NCBI GenBank assembly: GCA_021813945.1
Contig: JAKAJD010000002.1
Span: 33,343-97,342, forward strand
Direction of reading: 5' to 3'
DNA length: 64,000 bases
Source: a bacterium
GTDB taxonomy: Bacteria; Patescibacteriota; Microgenomatia; Curtissbacterales; GWA2-41-24
In this document: positions 9,805-19,937 of the stretch, piece after piece
Layout of the letters: each line of letters begins with the position of its first letter
Numbering within the stretch: the stretch's first letter is position 1
Notes under the pieces: generated by a model
Seen by the model: the letters and a program-made list of their open reading frames with translations, nothing else
The model's database searches: none
What the model was told of the DNA's origin: nothing
Made by a program: the position numbers and the translations under genes

Positions 9805-10707
9805 GTGGCTCCTTCTGCCCAAAAAATTAAGGCTTCAACCCAAGAGCATTTGGATATTGAAGACATAACCGAAGACTTTGTAATTTTAAAAACCGGCTGG
9901 GTTGCTATGGTCCTTTCCACAACCGCAGTTAATTTTGACATCCTCTCCGAAGCCGAGCAAGATGCGACTATTTACGCTTATGGTGCCCTTTTAAATTCCC
10001 TAACCTTCCCCATCCAGATTTTAATCCGTTCCAAAAGAGCAGATATAACAGCCTATTATCAACATTTAGTCGAAGCGGAAAGAAACCAGCAAAACCCTGA
10101 TCTCAAACGCCAAATTCAAAAATATATGGACTTCATCCAGTCTACCGTTCAGCAAAAAACCATTCTTGACAAGCGCTTTTACCTTATACTTAGCTTTTCC
10201 CCAATCGAACTCGGCTTAACTGGCATCAAAAAACCTGCAAAAACCAGCAACAAAGAGCAACAAGTTCAAGACGCTAAAGTTGCCCTAGCGCCAAAACGCG
10301 AACATTTAATTAAACAAACGGCCCGCCTAGGTCTTACTACCAAACAGCTCACCACAAAAGAGTTAATTGAACTGTTTTATGACATTTACAATCCTGCTCC
10401 CACTGGCACCCAAAGAGTTATTCTGGACTCCGCCTCCTACACAACCCCCATGGTCGAGCCAGCCGTTGAAGTGCCAAGCCCCGCGCCGAATCAGCCACCA
10501 CCAACTTATACTCAGGAACCTTCCCAGGCACCTATACCACAACCAGCTTATGCCGATTCTCTGCCTAATATTAACGGGCAACAATCAGCCCCTTCACAAA
10601 TGGAGGCTCTGGAAAACCTCAAGGCGGCAACCGCCAAAGCCGCGCAATCAATACGCGGAGAACAGCAAATAAGTCCCAACCAAACAAACCAAACAATCCA
10701 GCAATGA
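9805..10707 (+). CDS. Conserved T4SS-locus protein preceding VirB4 (TraC/VirB4 N-terminal-like)
   Basis: STQEHLDIEDI..VNFDILSEAEQDA..LNSLTFPIQILIRS; translationally coupled to VirB4. Confidence 0.65.
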   Translation: MAPSAQKIKASTQEHLDIEDITEDFVILKTGWVAMVLSTTAVNFDILSEAEQDATIYAYGALLNSLTFPIQILIRSKRADITAYYQHLVEAERNQQNPDLKRQIQKYMDFIQSTVQQKTILDKRFYLILSFSPIELGLTGIKKPAKTSNKEQQVQDAKVALAPKREHLIKQTARLGLTTKQLTTKELIELFYDIYNPAPTGTQRVILDSASYTTPMVEPAVEVPSPAPNQPPPTYTQEPSQAPIPQPAYADSLPNINGQQSAPSQMEALENLKAATAKAAQSIRGEQQISPNQTNQTIQQ

Positions 10708-12578
10708 ACCTCGTTAGCATTCTAAAACCAAAAAACAAAAACCCCCAGGAATCTTTAAGTGATAAGGAGAAACAGTGGTCGCAGAGCCTGGCCAAAGGTG
10801 TCGTTTCCGTCAAAGACATTATTGCTCCACCAGCCATCGAGGTTGACTTCGACTATATCAAAATCGGCTCAACCTACTTTCGTACTCTTTTTGTCGTCGG
10901 CTACCCAAGGTACGTCCAAGCCAATTGGCTTTCACCTCTAATTAATTTCGTCCACACTTTGGAAATTTCCATGTACCAATATCCGGTAGAAGCCAAAGGT
11001 GTTTTGGATGATCTTAAGCGTAAAGTTACCGAAATGGAAGCTACCATCGCATCTGACATCCAGCACGGTAAAGTCTTAGACCCTGCCGTTCAAGCTGCCC
11101 TAGAAGACGCCCAGATGCTTCAGGAAGAGCTGGTCAAAGGACAGGAGCGCTTTTTCCAGTTCGGCCTTTATGTCACCATCCCGGCCGACTCAAAAGAGGA
11201 GTTGGACCTGGTCACCAGACAGGTTGAATCGACAATGGGCGCCCTACTTTTGGTTCCTAAACACGCTACATTGCAAATGGAAGATGCCTTCAAAACAACT
11301 CTTCCTCAACAAACCGACCATCTCTATATCACCCGCAACATGGACACCACCTCCCTTGCCACAACTTTTCCATTCATCTCCTCATCGCTAACCTCCAACA
11401 CTGGCATCATGTACGGCATAAACGAGCACAATGGTTCGTTGGTTATTTTCGACCGATTCACTCAAGAAAACGCCAATTCCGTAATCTTTGCCAAATCCGG
11501 AGCCGGAAAATCTTACCTTGTCAAACTAGAGGCCCTAAGGTCGCTGATGTTTGGTACGGAAGTAATCGTCGTCGACCCTGAAGAAGAATATAAAAACCTT
11601 TGTGAAGCCATCGGTGGTGAATACATCACTTTTAGCTTTGACTCGCCGGCTAAAATTAACCCTTTTGACCTTTCGGGCGTTTATGAAGAAGGCGAAAACG
11701 AGCTTGGCTTAAAAATTCTTTCTCTTCACGGCTTTTTCAAAGTCGTCATGGGCAATATGAGCCCCGCCGAAGATGCGGTTTTAGACAAAGCCCTTGTTGA
11801 CACTTACAGACAAAAAGGCATTACTCCCGACCCGTCTACCCAGAAAAACGAGCCGCCTCTCATGGAAGATCTCTACAAGGTGCTACTCGGCATGGAAGAA
11901 GTTGAAGCCAAAAGCCTTGCTGATCGCATTGAAAAATTCGTCAAAGGTTCTTTAATCGGCATTTTTAACCAACAATCCAATATCGATCTGCGCAACACCT
12001 TTACCGTCTTTTCCGTCAAAAGCCTGGAGGAAGAACTTCGGCCAATTGCCATGTATCTCATTTTGGATTTTATCTGGACAAGAATTAAAAACGACATCCG
12101 AAAACGCCTTCTTGTTGTCGATGAGGCCTGGTACATGATGGAATTCCCAGACAGCGCTACCTTCCTTTATTCAATCGCCAAACGCGCTCGCAAATACTAC
12201 CTTGGCCTCACCACCATTTCCCAGGACGTTGAAGATTTTTTAAGTACTGATTACGGCAAAGCTATCGTCACTAACTCCTCCTTTCAAATACTTTTGAAAC
12301 AATCTCCTGCTGCAATCGACAAAGTTGCCGAAGTCTTTTACCTTTCCGAGGGTGAAAGGCACTTGCTTTTGGCAGCCGACGTTGGTGAAGGCATCTTTTT
12401 TGCTGGTCCTAACCATGTAGCGGTCCGTATTATGGCATCAGAAGAGGAACACGCCTTGGTTACTACCAACCCGGAAGAGCTAAAACAAAGACGAGATCAG
12501 CAAGAAGCAGCATCAGCACACCAAAACCAAGATTCCCAACCATCGCAAACACCATCTCTTCCAAACACATCTCAATAA
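10704..12578 (+). CDS. VirB4/TraE-like type IV secretion ATPase
   Basis: Walker A AKSGAGKS, VVDPEEEY, INPFD, Walker B LLVVDEAW, KRARKYYLGLTTISQ. Confidence 0.9.
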   Translation: MNLVSILKPKNKNPQESLSDKEKQWSQSLAKGVVSVKDIIAPPAIEVDFDYIKIGSTYFRTLFVVGYPRYVQANWLSPLINFVHTLEISMYQYPVEAKGVLDDLKRKVTEMEATIASDIQHGKVLDPAVQAALEDAQMLQEELVKGQERFFQFGLYVTIPADSKEELDLVTRQVESTMGALLLVPKHATLQMEDAFKTTLPQQTDHLYITRNMDTTSLATTFPFISSSLTSNTGIMYGINEHNGSLVIFDRFTQENANSVIFAKSGAGKSYLVKLEALRSLMFGTEVIVVDPEEEYKNLCEAIGGEYITFSFDSPAKINPFDLSGVYEEGENELGLKILSLHGFFKVVMGNMSPAEDAVLDKALVDTYRQKGITPDPSTQKNEPPLMEDLYKVLLGMEEVEAKSLADRIEKFVKGSLIGIFNQQSNIDLRNTFTVFSVKSLEEELRPIAMYLILDFIWTRIKNDIRKRLLVVDEAWYMMEFPDSATFLYSIAKRARKYYLGLTTISQDVEDFLSTDYGKAIVTNSSFQILLKQSPAAIDKVAEVFYLSEGERHLLLAADVGEGIFFAGPNHVAVRIMASEEEHALVTTNPEELKQRRDQQEAASAHQNQDSQPSQTPSLPNTSQ

Positions 12579-12665
12579 CTTTAGATTTACTCCCCAGCCT
12601 TTTTCATCATTATTAAGTCTACTTTGCTTTAAGTTAGAAGTTGCTAGTATATTTAATTAGGCCCC

Positions 12666-14669
12666 ATGTCTGTTTTGGATAAAATCAAAAAACTTAAAAA
12701 TCTTAAAAACCTCAACCCCGAAAGCCAAGTATCGCAGCTTGCCAAAAAAGCCGCAATGTATCTATCTCTTGGTGTCTCAGCCGCATTTTTAGCCGCCTTG
12801 GCATATTTCGCCCACCTCGGAAAAGTTGCTTTCTTTGGTTTCAAAATCGGCGCAACTGCAGGTGGTACGGCAGGCGCAATATGGGGTGGATATATAGGTA
12901 TTCAAGTTGGAATCGCATTAGCACCATACACCTTTGGCATTTCATTGATAGTCGCCCCGCCCCTTGGAGTACTTATTGGTGCCATAGGTGGTGCCACCTT
13001 GCTGGGAATAGCCGGCGGTCTGATCGCCCTCGGCCTCGATCAAGGCTCTGCAGGCCTGGTTTCAACCGGAGTCGGAGCGGGTGTGGGAGGCATCATTGGC
13101 ACCTACGTAGCAGGCGCATTTATTTCGTTTGCAATTGGAGCGTGCGCAGCTACAGTCTTTGGGTGCCTTTTAGTGCCTATCGCAGTGGTATCCGCCCCAA
13201 TCATAATTGTAACCTTCAGTGCTATAGGAGCTGGTGCGGGTTACCTAATTGGCAACTATGTAATTGATCCTGTCAAATCTTATATTGGTGGAGTCTCGAT
13301 AAGTGGTTCCGCCTCAGGCTTCTTGTCTTGGCTTGGCGGGGGAATTACTGGATTGGGATCTTGGGCTGTGGGCGGTCTCTTCAGCCTTGGTGGCTTAGCA
13401 GTAGACGGTATAACCAGCATTGGTAGTAAGCTCTTGGGAACGCTTTCCACCAGCGCAGGTCCTCTTGCTGGGAAATTAGCGGGTATCTCAGTAGGGACAG
13501 CTTTCACATCGGCAGCTACACTGAGCTTACTTCAAACAGGGGTCCTAACCCCTGGGAAATTCGCAACAACCCAGACGGATATATCTAAACCGGCTGGGGC
13601 CAACCAATATGTAACCGTCACTAAAACCGCCAACCCTACTACAATCTCCAATTCAAGCTTACCAACCGACATCAACTACTTGGTTACAGTAAAGGTCAAT
13701 TCTTACGCCTTAACCAACGTCGTCTGCACCGATGTTACAACATTGAAAAAGAGTGATGGAACTACTCAAAACTTAACTAATACTTTAATAGGGCCCCTTT
13801 GCCCTTCACAACTTAACCCTGCCCAAGTTCTTACATTTAATCTTTCAACTCATGCGGACAACACTCCCGACTTTATCAATTCGACAGTTTCCAACACTTT
13901 CACCATTAACTTTGACGTCACCGGTGGAGGGGCTCCACCTCCCACGGGAGGCGGCGGCCCATGCAGTGCAAACAGCGGTTTTAATGCTCTCCTGCCTAAC
14001 CCTATACCACCAAGCGTCGGCGCCACATCACCCAGCTCTTTGCCTCCAGACCCTGCAATCATCCAGGCAGCCCAGCAAGCAACTTTGCAAACTGGCGTAC
14101 CTTGCGAAATGCTAGTCGGCATTCAATACCGCGAAGCCGGCTGGGATGCCAATAGCTCGTTTTTAAGCGGAACCACATTGTGTTCGTCAGGAAATTTTGC
14201 CATATGCAAACCGGAACCCAACATTACGTCTTCATCAGCATGTACCGGTTATGGCGGTACCTGGTACTCTGGCGGGTGCTATTTTACAAGTTTAAATCAA
14301 ACCGCTTTAGCATCAGCAAGTTACATTCTGGGCGAGGTCTCGTCACTTACTCGCGGGCCCGAACGCCCACCAAAAAATTACGATGAAATGATAGGAGCAA
14401 TGTCATATTATAATGGCGGCGGCAATGCTAATTGCGGAGCCGGGGTACCTTACACGGGGCCTTGCCCTGGCCCTATTGGGATTGACGATCCTTATGCAGT
14501 CAATCATTTTGATTCTGACCACGCAACAATGTACCTTCTCTATTGCAGCCAATATACCGACGCCAGCGGAGTTGTCCATGGGATACCTTGCGACCCTCCC
14601 CGAGTCTTAACAACAGACGGTGCGGCAACCGCAGCCAAAGAGTATTATTTAAAGATAGGCGGTCACTAG
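12666..14669 (+). CDS. Gly-rich multi-TM protein with Ig-like domain and C-terminal Cys-rich lysozyme/SLT-like domain
   Basis: GxxxG-rich hydrophobic N-terminal half; VTKTANP..YLVTV beta domain; GVPCEMLVGIQYREAG and AMSYYNGG motifs. Confidence 0.6.
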   Translation: MSVLDKIKKLKNLKNLNPESQVSQLAKKAAMYLSLGVSAAFLAALAYFAHLGKVAFFGFKIGATAGGTAGAIWGGYIGIQVGIALAPYTFGISLIVAPPLGVLIGAIGGATLLGIAGGLIALGLDQGSAGLVSTGVGAGVGGIIGTYVAGAFISFAIGACAATVFGCLLVPIAVVSAPIIIVTFSAIGAGAGYLIGNYVIDPVKSYIGGVSISGSASGFLSWLGGGITGLGSWAVGGLFSLGGLAVDGITSIGSKLLGTLSTSAGPLAGKLAGISVGTAFTSAATLSLLQTGVLTPGKFATTQTDISKPAGANQYVTVTKTANPTTISNSSLPTDINYLVTVKVNSYALTNVVCTDVTTLKKSDGTTQNLTNTLIGPLCPSQLNPAQVLTFNLSTHADNTPDFINSTVSNTFTINFDVTGGGAPPPTGGGGPCSANSGFNALLPNPIPPSVGATSPSSLPPDPAIIQAAQQATLQTGVPCEMLVGIQYREAGWDANSSFLSGTTLCSSGNFAICKPEPNITSSSACTGYGGTWYSGGCYFTSLNQTALASASYILGEVSSLTRGPERPPKNYDEMIGAMSYYNGGGNANCGAGVPYTGPCPGPIGIDDPYAVNHFDSDHATMYLLYCSQYTDASGVVHGIPCDPPRVLTTDGAATAAKEYYLKIGGH

Positions 14670-15256
14670 TGAAACTAAGTCTTACATCGGTCAAAAAAGA
14701 AACTCTCCCTTTAGCTATTTTGGCAACCATTATTATCATTCTATTGGGCTTTGTAATTACCCAGCAAATACTGAAAAACAGACCGTTCCAAACTGCACAA
14801 TTACCTCCCCCCATCAAACTTCAGCCCGTTGTTAATGGAAAATTTGACACAAATGCTCCAATAAGCCAAAAATCTAAAGCTTCGGTTGAGCTTTTAAAAC
14901 AACATCTGCCTTACAAAGCAGATTTTGTTAGTACAACAGGAGATAAAATAACCTACACCCTGTATGGCAAAACTATAGACCCTTATACATTGTATGTGGA
15001 TATATCCAATATAGATTTTTTAATACCTTCAACAAATCCCAATTATCCCAAAACTATTCAAGATTTCCGTGACACAGCTAATCATATTTTCGAATATATG
15101 AAACAATATAACGCCAACCCGTCAGATGTTTTTATTTCCTGGGGCAGCCAAGCATACATTCAAAACAACGCAGAGTTGTGGCTTACTGTTTCTGACAAAT
15201 TTCCACCCGTGGTAAAAAAGGATAACCAATATATTTTTGAAACACCGCCGAAATGA
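14669..15256 (+). CDS. Hypothetical single-TM protein
   Basis: GTG start overlapping the upstream TAG is more plausible than 14543; N-terminal TM. Confidence 0.7.
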   Translation: MKLSLTSVKKETLPLAILATIIIILLGFVITQQILKNRPFQTAQLPPPIKLQPVVNGKFDTNAPISQKSKASVELLKQHLPYKADFVSTTGDKITYTLYGKTIDPYTLYVDISNIDFLIPSTNPNYPKTIQDFRDTANHIFEYMKQYNANPSDVFISWGSQAYIQNNAELWLTVSDKFPPVVKKDNQYIFETPPK

Positions 15257-15867
15257 TAAGAACGACTTTCTATATTCAGAAATTAAGATTAATAATCGCT
15301 ATTATCGACGCAATAATCATATTAATAATGTTCCCTTATACGGTTTTTGCCGCCAGCTTTTCCGGTTCCGCAACGGCCGTGACCATAATCGGCACCTCAT
15401 CATCTCAATGCCCACAAAGCTGGCCTTTGGCTCATGGTTACATCACTCAAGGACCTCAAGGAACAACAAGTCATTACCGGCTATATCCAAATGAGCAAGC
15501 AATTGACATCGGCGGCAATCCTACAGATACTCCTGCTTTCGCCACATTTTCTGGAACTGTGCTTGTTGCCCAAACCGACTATACCCCCGGTGTTGGTTAT
15601 GGCAGATATGTCGATATTCAAGGCACTTGCAATGGCGCTGCCTTTACAGGCCGCTGGGCTCACTTAGACTATATCGATGGAGCGGTCACAGTTGGAAGTA
15701 AGGTCAATTTCGGACAACTAATAGGAGGTATTGACAACACAGGTAATAGTGAGGGCACGCATTTGCATTATTCTTTTCTAGGTCTAACAATGGGAACACC
15801 ATACATCCCTCAAAATCCGGCTTTTTCGACGTGTAATTCAAACGTTGCTTGTAATATTAATTGGTAA
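15253..15867 (+). CDS. M23 family metallopeptidase (secreted)
   Basis: ITQGP..H..AIDIG, GYGRYV, WAHL, TGNSEGTHLHY (HxH). Confidence 0.85.
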   Translation: MIRTTFYIQKLRLIIAIIDAIIILIMFPYTVFAASFSGSATAVTIIGTSSSQCPQSWPLAHGYITQGPQGTTSHYRLYPNEQAIDIGGNPTDTPAFATFSGTVLVAQTDYTPGVGYGRYVDIQGTCNGAAFTGRWAHLDYIDGAVTVGSKVNFGQLIGGIDNTGNSEGTHLHYSFLGLTMGTPYIPQNPAFSTCNSNVACNINW

Positions 15868-15869
15868 AT

Positions 15870-16916
15870 ATGTTTGACTTAACTACAATTCAAAAAAATA
15901 AATTTAAAATAGCTGCAGGGATTTTCCTGGTCCTAGTCTTAATCTTTATAAATTTGGCAATCTTAGGGAAAATACAAAGCAAAAGTAAAAAGACCTCAGA
16001 ACAGCCCCAGTCCCCAAAAATTCCAACGATTTACCAAAATCCAGCACAAAAGCAACCAAAACGCTTTGATTTTTCAACTCTGAATCAAATTGCATACCCG
16101 CAAAATCTTCCGGTATATACTGCACAGAAAAATCAGATCGACCTAAGTAAAGCGCAAGCCATTGCGGCTAAATTTTCCTTCACTGGAGAGCCATCGAAAG
16201 TCATTAACAGCACAGCAGACGGAACACAGTTTAGCTGGTTTGACAAAAATCGCATCTTGGCAATAAGCCAGACAACAATTAGGTTCGACGACCAAACTCA
16301 AAACTCTTCCAACTCGCTAGCAGAGGAAGACCTTAAAAATAAAGCCTCAGATTTTATTAATTCTTTACCCTTAATTGGGTCAGGTCTCGTATTAAATGAT
16401 AAAAAAACCGCCTACTACGCTTACAGCAACTCCAAGCTTATCAGTGCTTCATCTTTTGCTGATTCACAGTATGTCCAGTTTTCTTTTGACAGAAATCTGT
16501 CGAATAATCCAATATACAATTCGGCCTTAAATCCCTCTTACTTAACAATTTCAATCAAAAAAGATGGAAACATCAATCAACTTTACACTAAAATATTTTC
16601 AGATTTTACCGCCAATGGTCAATACCCGCTCAAAACATTGGATGAAGCAAAAAAGGAGATAGAAAATGGGCAAGGTAAAATTGTTAATACCTTCATGCCA
16701 GATAAAAACGGCCAAGCATTACAGCTCTATCAACTCCAGCCAAACGATATTTCAATTGCCAAATTTAACAACGTGGCCCTTGCCTATTTTTTGCCAGTCT
16801 CAACCTCAGAAAATATTGTGCCAATATTTGTTTTTACCGGCGATTTCCTAACCTACTCAAACCAAACAGGCAAAATAGTACTCTACTTACCGGCTATCCA
16901 AACCTCTCAACCTTAA
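15870..16916 (+). CDS. Hypothetical membrane-anchored extracellular protein
   Basis: ORF with N-terminal TM; LPVY and PIFVF motifs; start chosen at ATG 15870. Confidence 0.7.
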   Translation: MFDLTTIQKNKFKIAAGIFLVLVLIFINLAILGKIQSKSKKTSEQPQSPKIPTIYQNPAQKQPKRFDFSTLNQIAYPQNLPVYTAQKNQIDLSKAQAIAAKFSFTGEPSKVINSTADGTQFSWFDKNRILAISQTTIRFDDQTQNSSNSLAEEDLKNKASDFINSLPLIGSGLVLNDKKTAYYAYSNSKLISASSFADSQYVQFSFDRNLSNNPIYNSALNPSYLTISIKKDGNINQLYTKIFSDFTANGQYPLKTLDEAKKEIENGQGKIVNTFMPDKNGQALQLYQLQPNDISIAKFNNVALAYFLPVSTSENIVPIFVFTGDFLTYSNQTGKIVLYLPAIQTSQP

Positions 16917-17201
16917 ATCTTTGATAATTTTTCCCCCGAGCTCTTTATTTATTGTCTCTCTCAGCCCGCTAAAGCGCATTTGAAGTTCGGCAGCGACAAT
17001 CTGCGGTGCAGAAACCGTCAGTACACCTCTCTTGTAAGATCTAACCTTAACCGCATCAAGCAAATCTTTAGGGAAATCAAAAAACTCTCTTTCAATCGAT
17101 GCTTTTGCAATTTGCCTTATTCTTAGAGCCAAAATCGCATCAGGGGTCTTTGATCGCGAAACAGAAGTACCAATAAGACTTCCTAAAGATTTAAAGGCCA
17201 T
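16887..17201 (-). CDS. DUF721/DciA family helicase-loader-like protein
   Basis: FKSLGSLI..KVRSYKRGVLTVSA..AAELQMR..INKELG..IKDLR; directly downstream of dnaN. Confidence 0.7.
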   Translation of the reverse strand: MAFKSLGSLIGTSVSRSKTPDAILALRIRQIAKASIEREFFDFPKDLLDAVKVRSYKRGVLTVSAPQIVAAELQMRFSGLRETINKELGGKIIKDLRLRGLDSR

Positions 17202-17213
17202 ACAAATTCTATT

Positions 17214-18353
17214 TTATCCCTGCAGTCTCACAGGCATCACGATATGAAAAAATTTGTCTTTGGGGTCAACTGATGTAATTTTCCCTGGGTTCAAACTCTC
17301 ATTCATCTCAAACACCACTTCATCCGAATTTATAACCGAAAGGGCCTCCAAAAGATATCTAAAATTAAAAGCTATTTCTCCGCCTTTTCCCTCTAGCTGA
17401 ACAGCAATCTGCGCATCCCCAGATCCAACTTGCGCTGTTGCAGCACTCAGACCCAAATTTCCTTGTCCGTTTTTGCCCGATTCAAGCTTTAGCTTAACAA
17501 TACTTCCCGATTCCCTTGCAAATATAGAAGCAGTTCTCACTACATTTATAAAATCTTGTTTGGAAGCAATAGCTCTTGATCCAAAATTTGTAGGAATAAT
17601 CTTTTGCCAAGCAGGAAATTCTCCCTCAATAAGCCGTGAAGTAAACTCAACGTCGCCGATTTTGAGGTTCACTTGACTAAGGTTATCAGCAATAACAATT
17701 GATACTTTACCACCCCCTCCTCCCGCTTCTCCAATAATCTTTGAAGCCTCCGCAACTGCCTTTGCTGGAATTACCATTCCTAAACCTGCCAAACCTTCAT
17801 TCGCCTCCACCGCTGTTTCGTCGTAACTTAGCCTGTAACCATCCGTTGCCACCATCACTAAACCTTTCTTTTGAAATTCACATAGAACCCCAGAAAGAAT
17901 CGGCCTGCTTTCATCCTGTGCCGCCGCAAAAGAAACTTTGGTAACGCTATCAACAAATTTCTGCCCATCAACGCCCACCACCTTTCCTCCACTAATTTTT
18001 GGGATTGCAGGAAACTCCTCAGTTGGCAAAGTAGCAAAGCGGGCACTATATCCTTTTGTAGAAACGACTGCCTCTTCACCTAGTTTCTCTAAAGTTATAT
18101 CTCCGTCCGGCAACTGAGAAACGTACTCTAGAAAAACCTTTCCGGGAACAGTAACTTTTCCCTCACTATCAACCCTGCATTCTGTACTTGCTTTTACTGC
18201 GGTTTCCAAATTTGTTGTTACAACCTCAAGTTTTGACCCGCCAGCACTAAGTAAAATGTTGGAAAGAATAGGTAAATTAGCTTTTGCCAATATAGATCTG
18301 CTGCCTACAATAAGCGTTCTTAAAAGATCAGCTTTCAAAACTACGGCTTTCAT
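17214..18353 (-). CDS. dnaN: DNA polymerase III beta clamp
   Basis: LPILSNILL, SRPILSGV, ATDGYRL, LIEGEFP, IVMPVRL. Confidence 0.97.
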   Translation of the reverse strand: MKAVVLKADLLRTLIVGSRSILAKANLPILSNILLSAGGSKLEVVTTNLETAVKASTECRVDSEGKVTVPGKVFLEYVSQLPDGDITLEKLGEEAVVSTKGYSARFATLPTEEFPAIPKISGGKVVGVDGQKFVDSVTKVSFAAAQDESRPILSGVLCEFQKKGLVMVATDGYRLSYDETAVEANEGLAGLGMVIPAKAVAEASKIIGEAGGGGGKVSIVIADNLSQVNLKIGDVEFTSRLIEGEFPAWQKIIPTNFGSRAIASKQDFINVVRTASIFARESGSIVKLKLESGKNGQGNLGLSAATAQVGSGDAQIAVQLEGKGGEIAFNFRYLLEALSVINSDEVVFEMNESLNPGKITSVDPKDKFFHIVMPVRLQG

Positions 18354-18578
18354 AATTGTTGGTGGACAGACCCTGGGGATTATAACACCTTCATTATAAA
18401 CACCTTAAACATTCAAATCTATACATACTAAGCAATATTCTAAAACGTAGTTGTAGTTTAATATATGTTGATAAGTTTAAACCTATTAATAAATTGTGCG
18501 CAGACTTATGTTCAAAAATGTGTGTAAAATTTTCAATTTAAAGTTAAATATTCGAAAAAAAGTGTGGAGAAAATACCT
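18354..18578. promoter_or_regulatory. AT-rich dnaA-dnaN spacer with DnaA-box-like 9-mers (oriC candidate)
   Basis: TTATAAACA 18394-18402, TGTTGATAA 18466-18474, TGTGTAAAA 18521-18529, TGTGGAGAA 18563-18571. Confidence 0.5.
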
Positions 18579-19937
18579 TTATGCGTGGATTAGTGATTGA
18601 ATTCTCAAAATGTCATCCTTCCTTTTCTGATTTGCTGAAATCAGCCTACCGACTTTTTCAACACCGTGTATTACTGTTGAATGATCCCTTCCACCGGTGA
18701 TATCACCTATTTGCTCAAGCGGCAAACCCAATTCGGTCCTTAAAAAATACATCAAAACCTGCCTCGCCTGAACAATATTTGCCTTCCGGCTTGAGCCCCT
18801 TAAAGTAATTGAGTCAACTTTAAAATGTTTTGATACCACCTCCATTATTCGCCCTGGTGTGGGTGGGTTTTTTAAAGATGGCTTGTTACCAGAAACCGCT
18901 AATTTGATATCTTCAAAAGAAGCCTTACCGGCGTTTATTTTCATGTAAGCAAGCATGGAGGTTAAAATTCCTTCAAGCTCTCGCACACCTCCGGTACTCT
19001 CTTTAGCAACCCAATCGACAAGCTCTGGGTCTAAATGCATTCCCCGTTCTGCACATTTCGCGCGAATAATTGCGGTTCGCATTTCCAAATCTGGTAGCCC
19101 AATGTCGGCTGTCATCCCACCCAAAAATCGACTAACAAGCCTCTCCTTTAAGCGTCCCAAATCCCTGGGATGTCTGTCGCTGGCTAAAACCACCTGTTTC
19201 CCCGAAAGGCAAATTTCGTTGAATGTATGGAAAAATTCATCCTGCGTACTCTCTTTACCCGCCAAAAATTGAATATCGTCCACCAAAAGTAAATCGCAAG
19301 TGCGATATTTTTGCCTAAAAGAAGCTTGAGTTTTATTTCTCAAAGAATCCAAAAAATCATTTGTAAATTTTTCCGATGTCACATAAAGAACTTTTGCATC
19401 AATCACTGTTGAAAGTACCTGGTTACCAATAGCCTGCAAAAGATGGGTTTTTCCAACACCGACTGAACCGTAAATCATTAGAGGGTTGTAAGCACCACCC
19501 AAATTTCCTGCAACCTTTGTTGCTGCAAGGTAAGCAAGGTTATTGGAAAATCCAACCACAAAATTGGAAAAAGTGTGATTTGGATTCAACGAATCCAATC
19601 TTGTTTTTGCGGTGATCACCTCTTGGACAACACCGGTAAAAATAGGTGCCTTTATTGAATCTGTTTTTGGCTCCTTGTTGGCAACAACAAAAATTGCTGA
19701 AGTATCTTTAAACCCAGAATCTAAAATCGCCTTAGACACTGTGTCCTTGTAACGGTTTTCAATCTGTTCCTTGAGAAAATTGTTTTTAATTCCAACCACC
19801 AAAAGTAACTTTTCTCCATCTTCTTTTGAGTCCAAAACAAAGGACCCAGAAAACCATGTCCTAAAAGCCGACGCAGAAATTTGTAATTTTAGCCGAGAGC
19901 AAACATCACTCCAGACCTTTTGTCCGTCTTTTTGCAT
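18579..19937 (-). CDS. dnaA: Chromosomal replication initiator
   Basis: YNPLMIYGSVGVGKTHL, LLVDDIQF, GGRDHSTVIH. Confidence 0.98.
   Translation of the reverse strand: MQKDGQKVWSDVCSRLKLQISASAFRTWFSGSFVLDSKEDGEKLLLVVGIKNNFLKEQIENRYKDTVSKAILDSGFKDTSAIFVVANKEPKTDSIKAPIFTGVVQEVITAKTRLDSLNPNHTFSNFVVGFSNNLAYLAATKVAGNLGGAYNPLMIYGSVGVGKTHLLQAIGNQVLSTVIDAKVLYVTSEKFTNDFLDSLRNKTQASFRQKYRTCDLLLVDDIQFLAGKESTQDEFFHTFNEICLSGKQVVLASDRHPRDLGRLKERLVSRFLGGMTADIGLPDLEMRTAIIRAKCAERGMHLDPELVDWVAKESTGGVRELEGILTSMLAYMKINAGKASFEDIKLAVSGNKPSLKNPPTPGRIMEVVSKHFKVDSITLRGSSRKANIVQARQVLMYFLRTELGLPLEQIGDITGGRDHSTVIHGVEKVGRLISANQKRKDDILRIQSLIHA

Noticed and set aside
14543-14668. Track start for the 237-aa ORF
   Set aside because: Deep overlap with the upstream gene; GTG at 14669 fits translational coupling.
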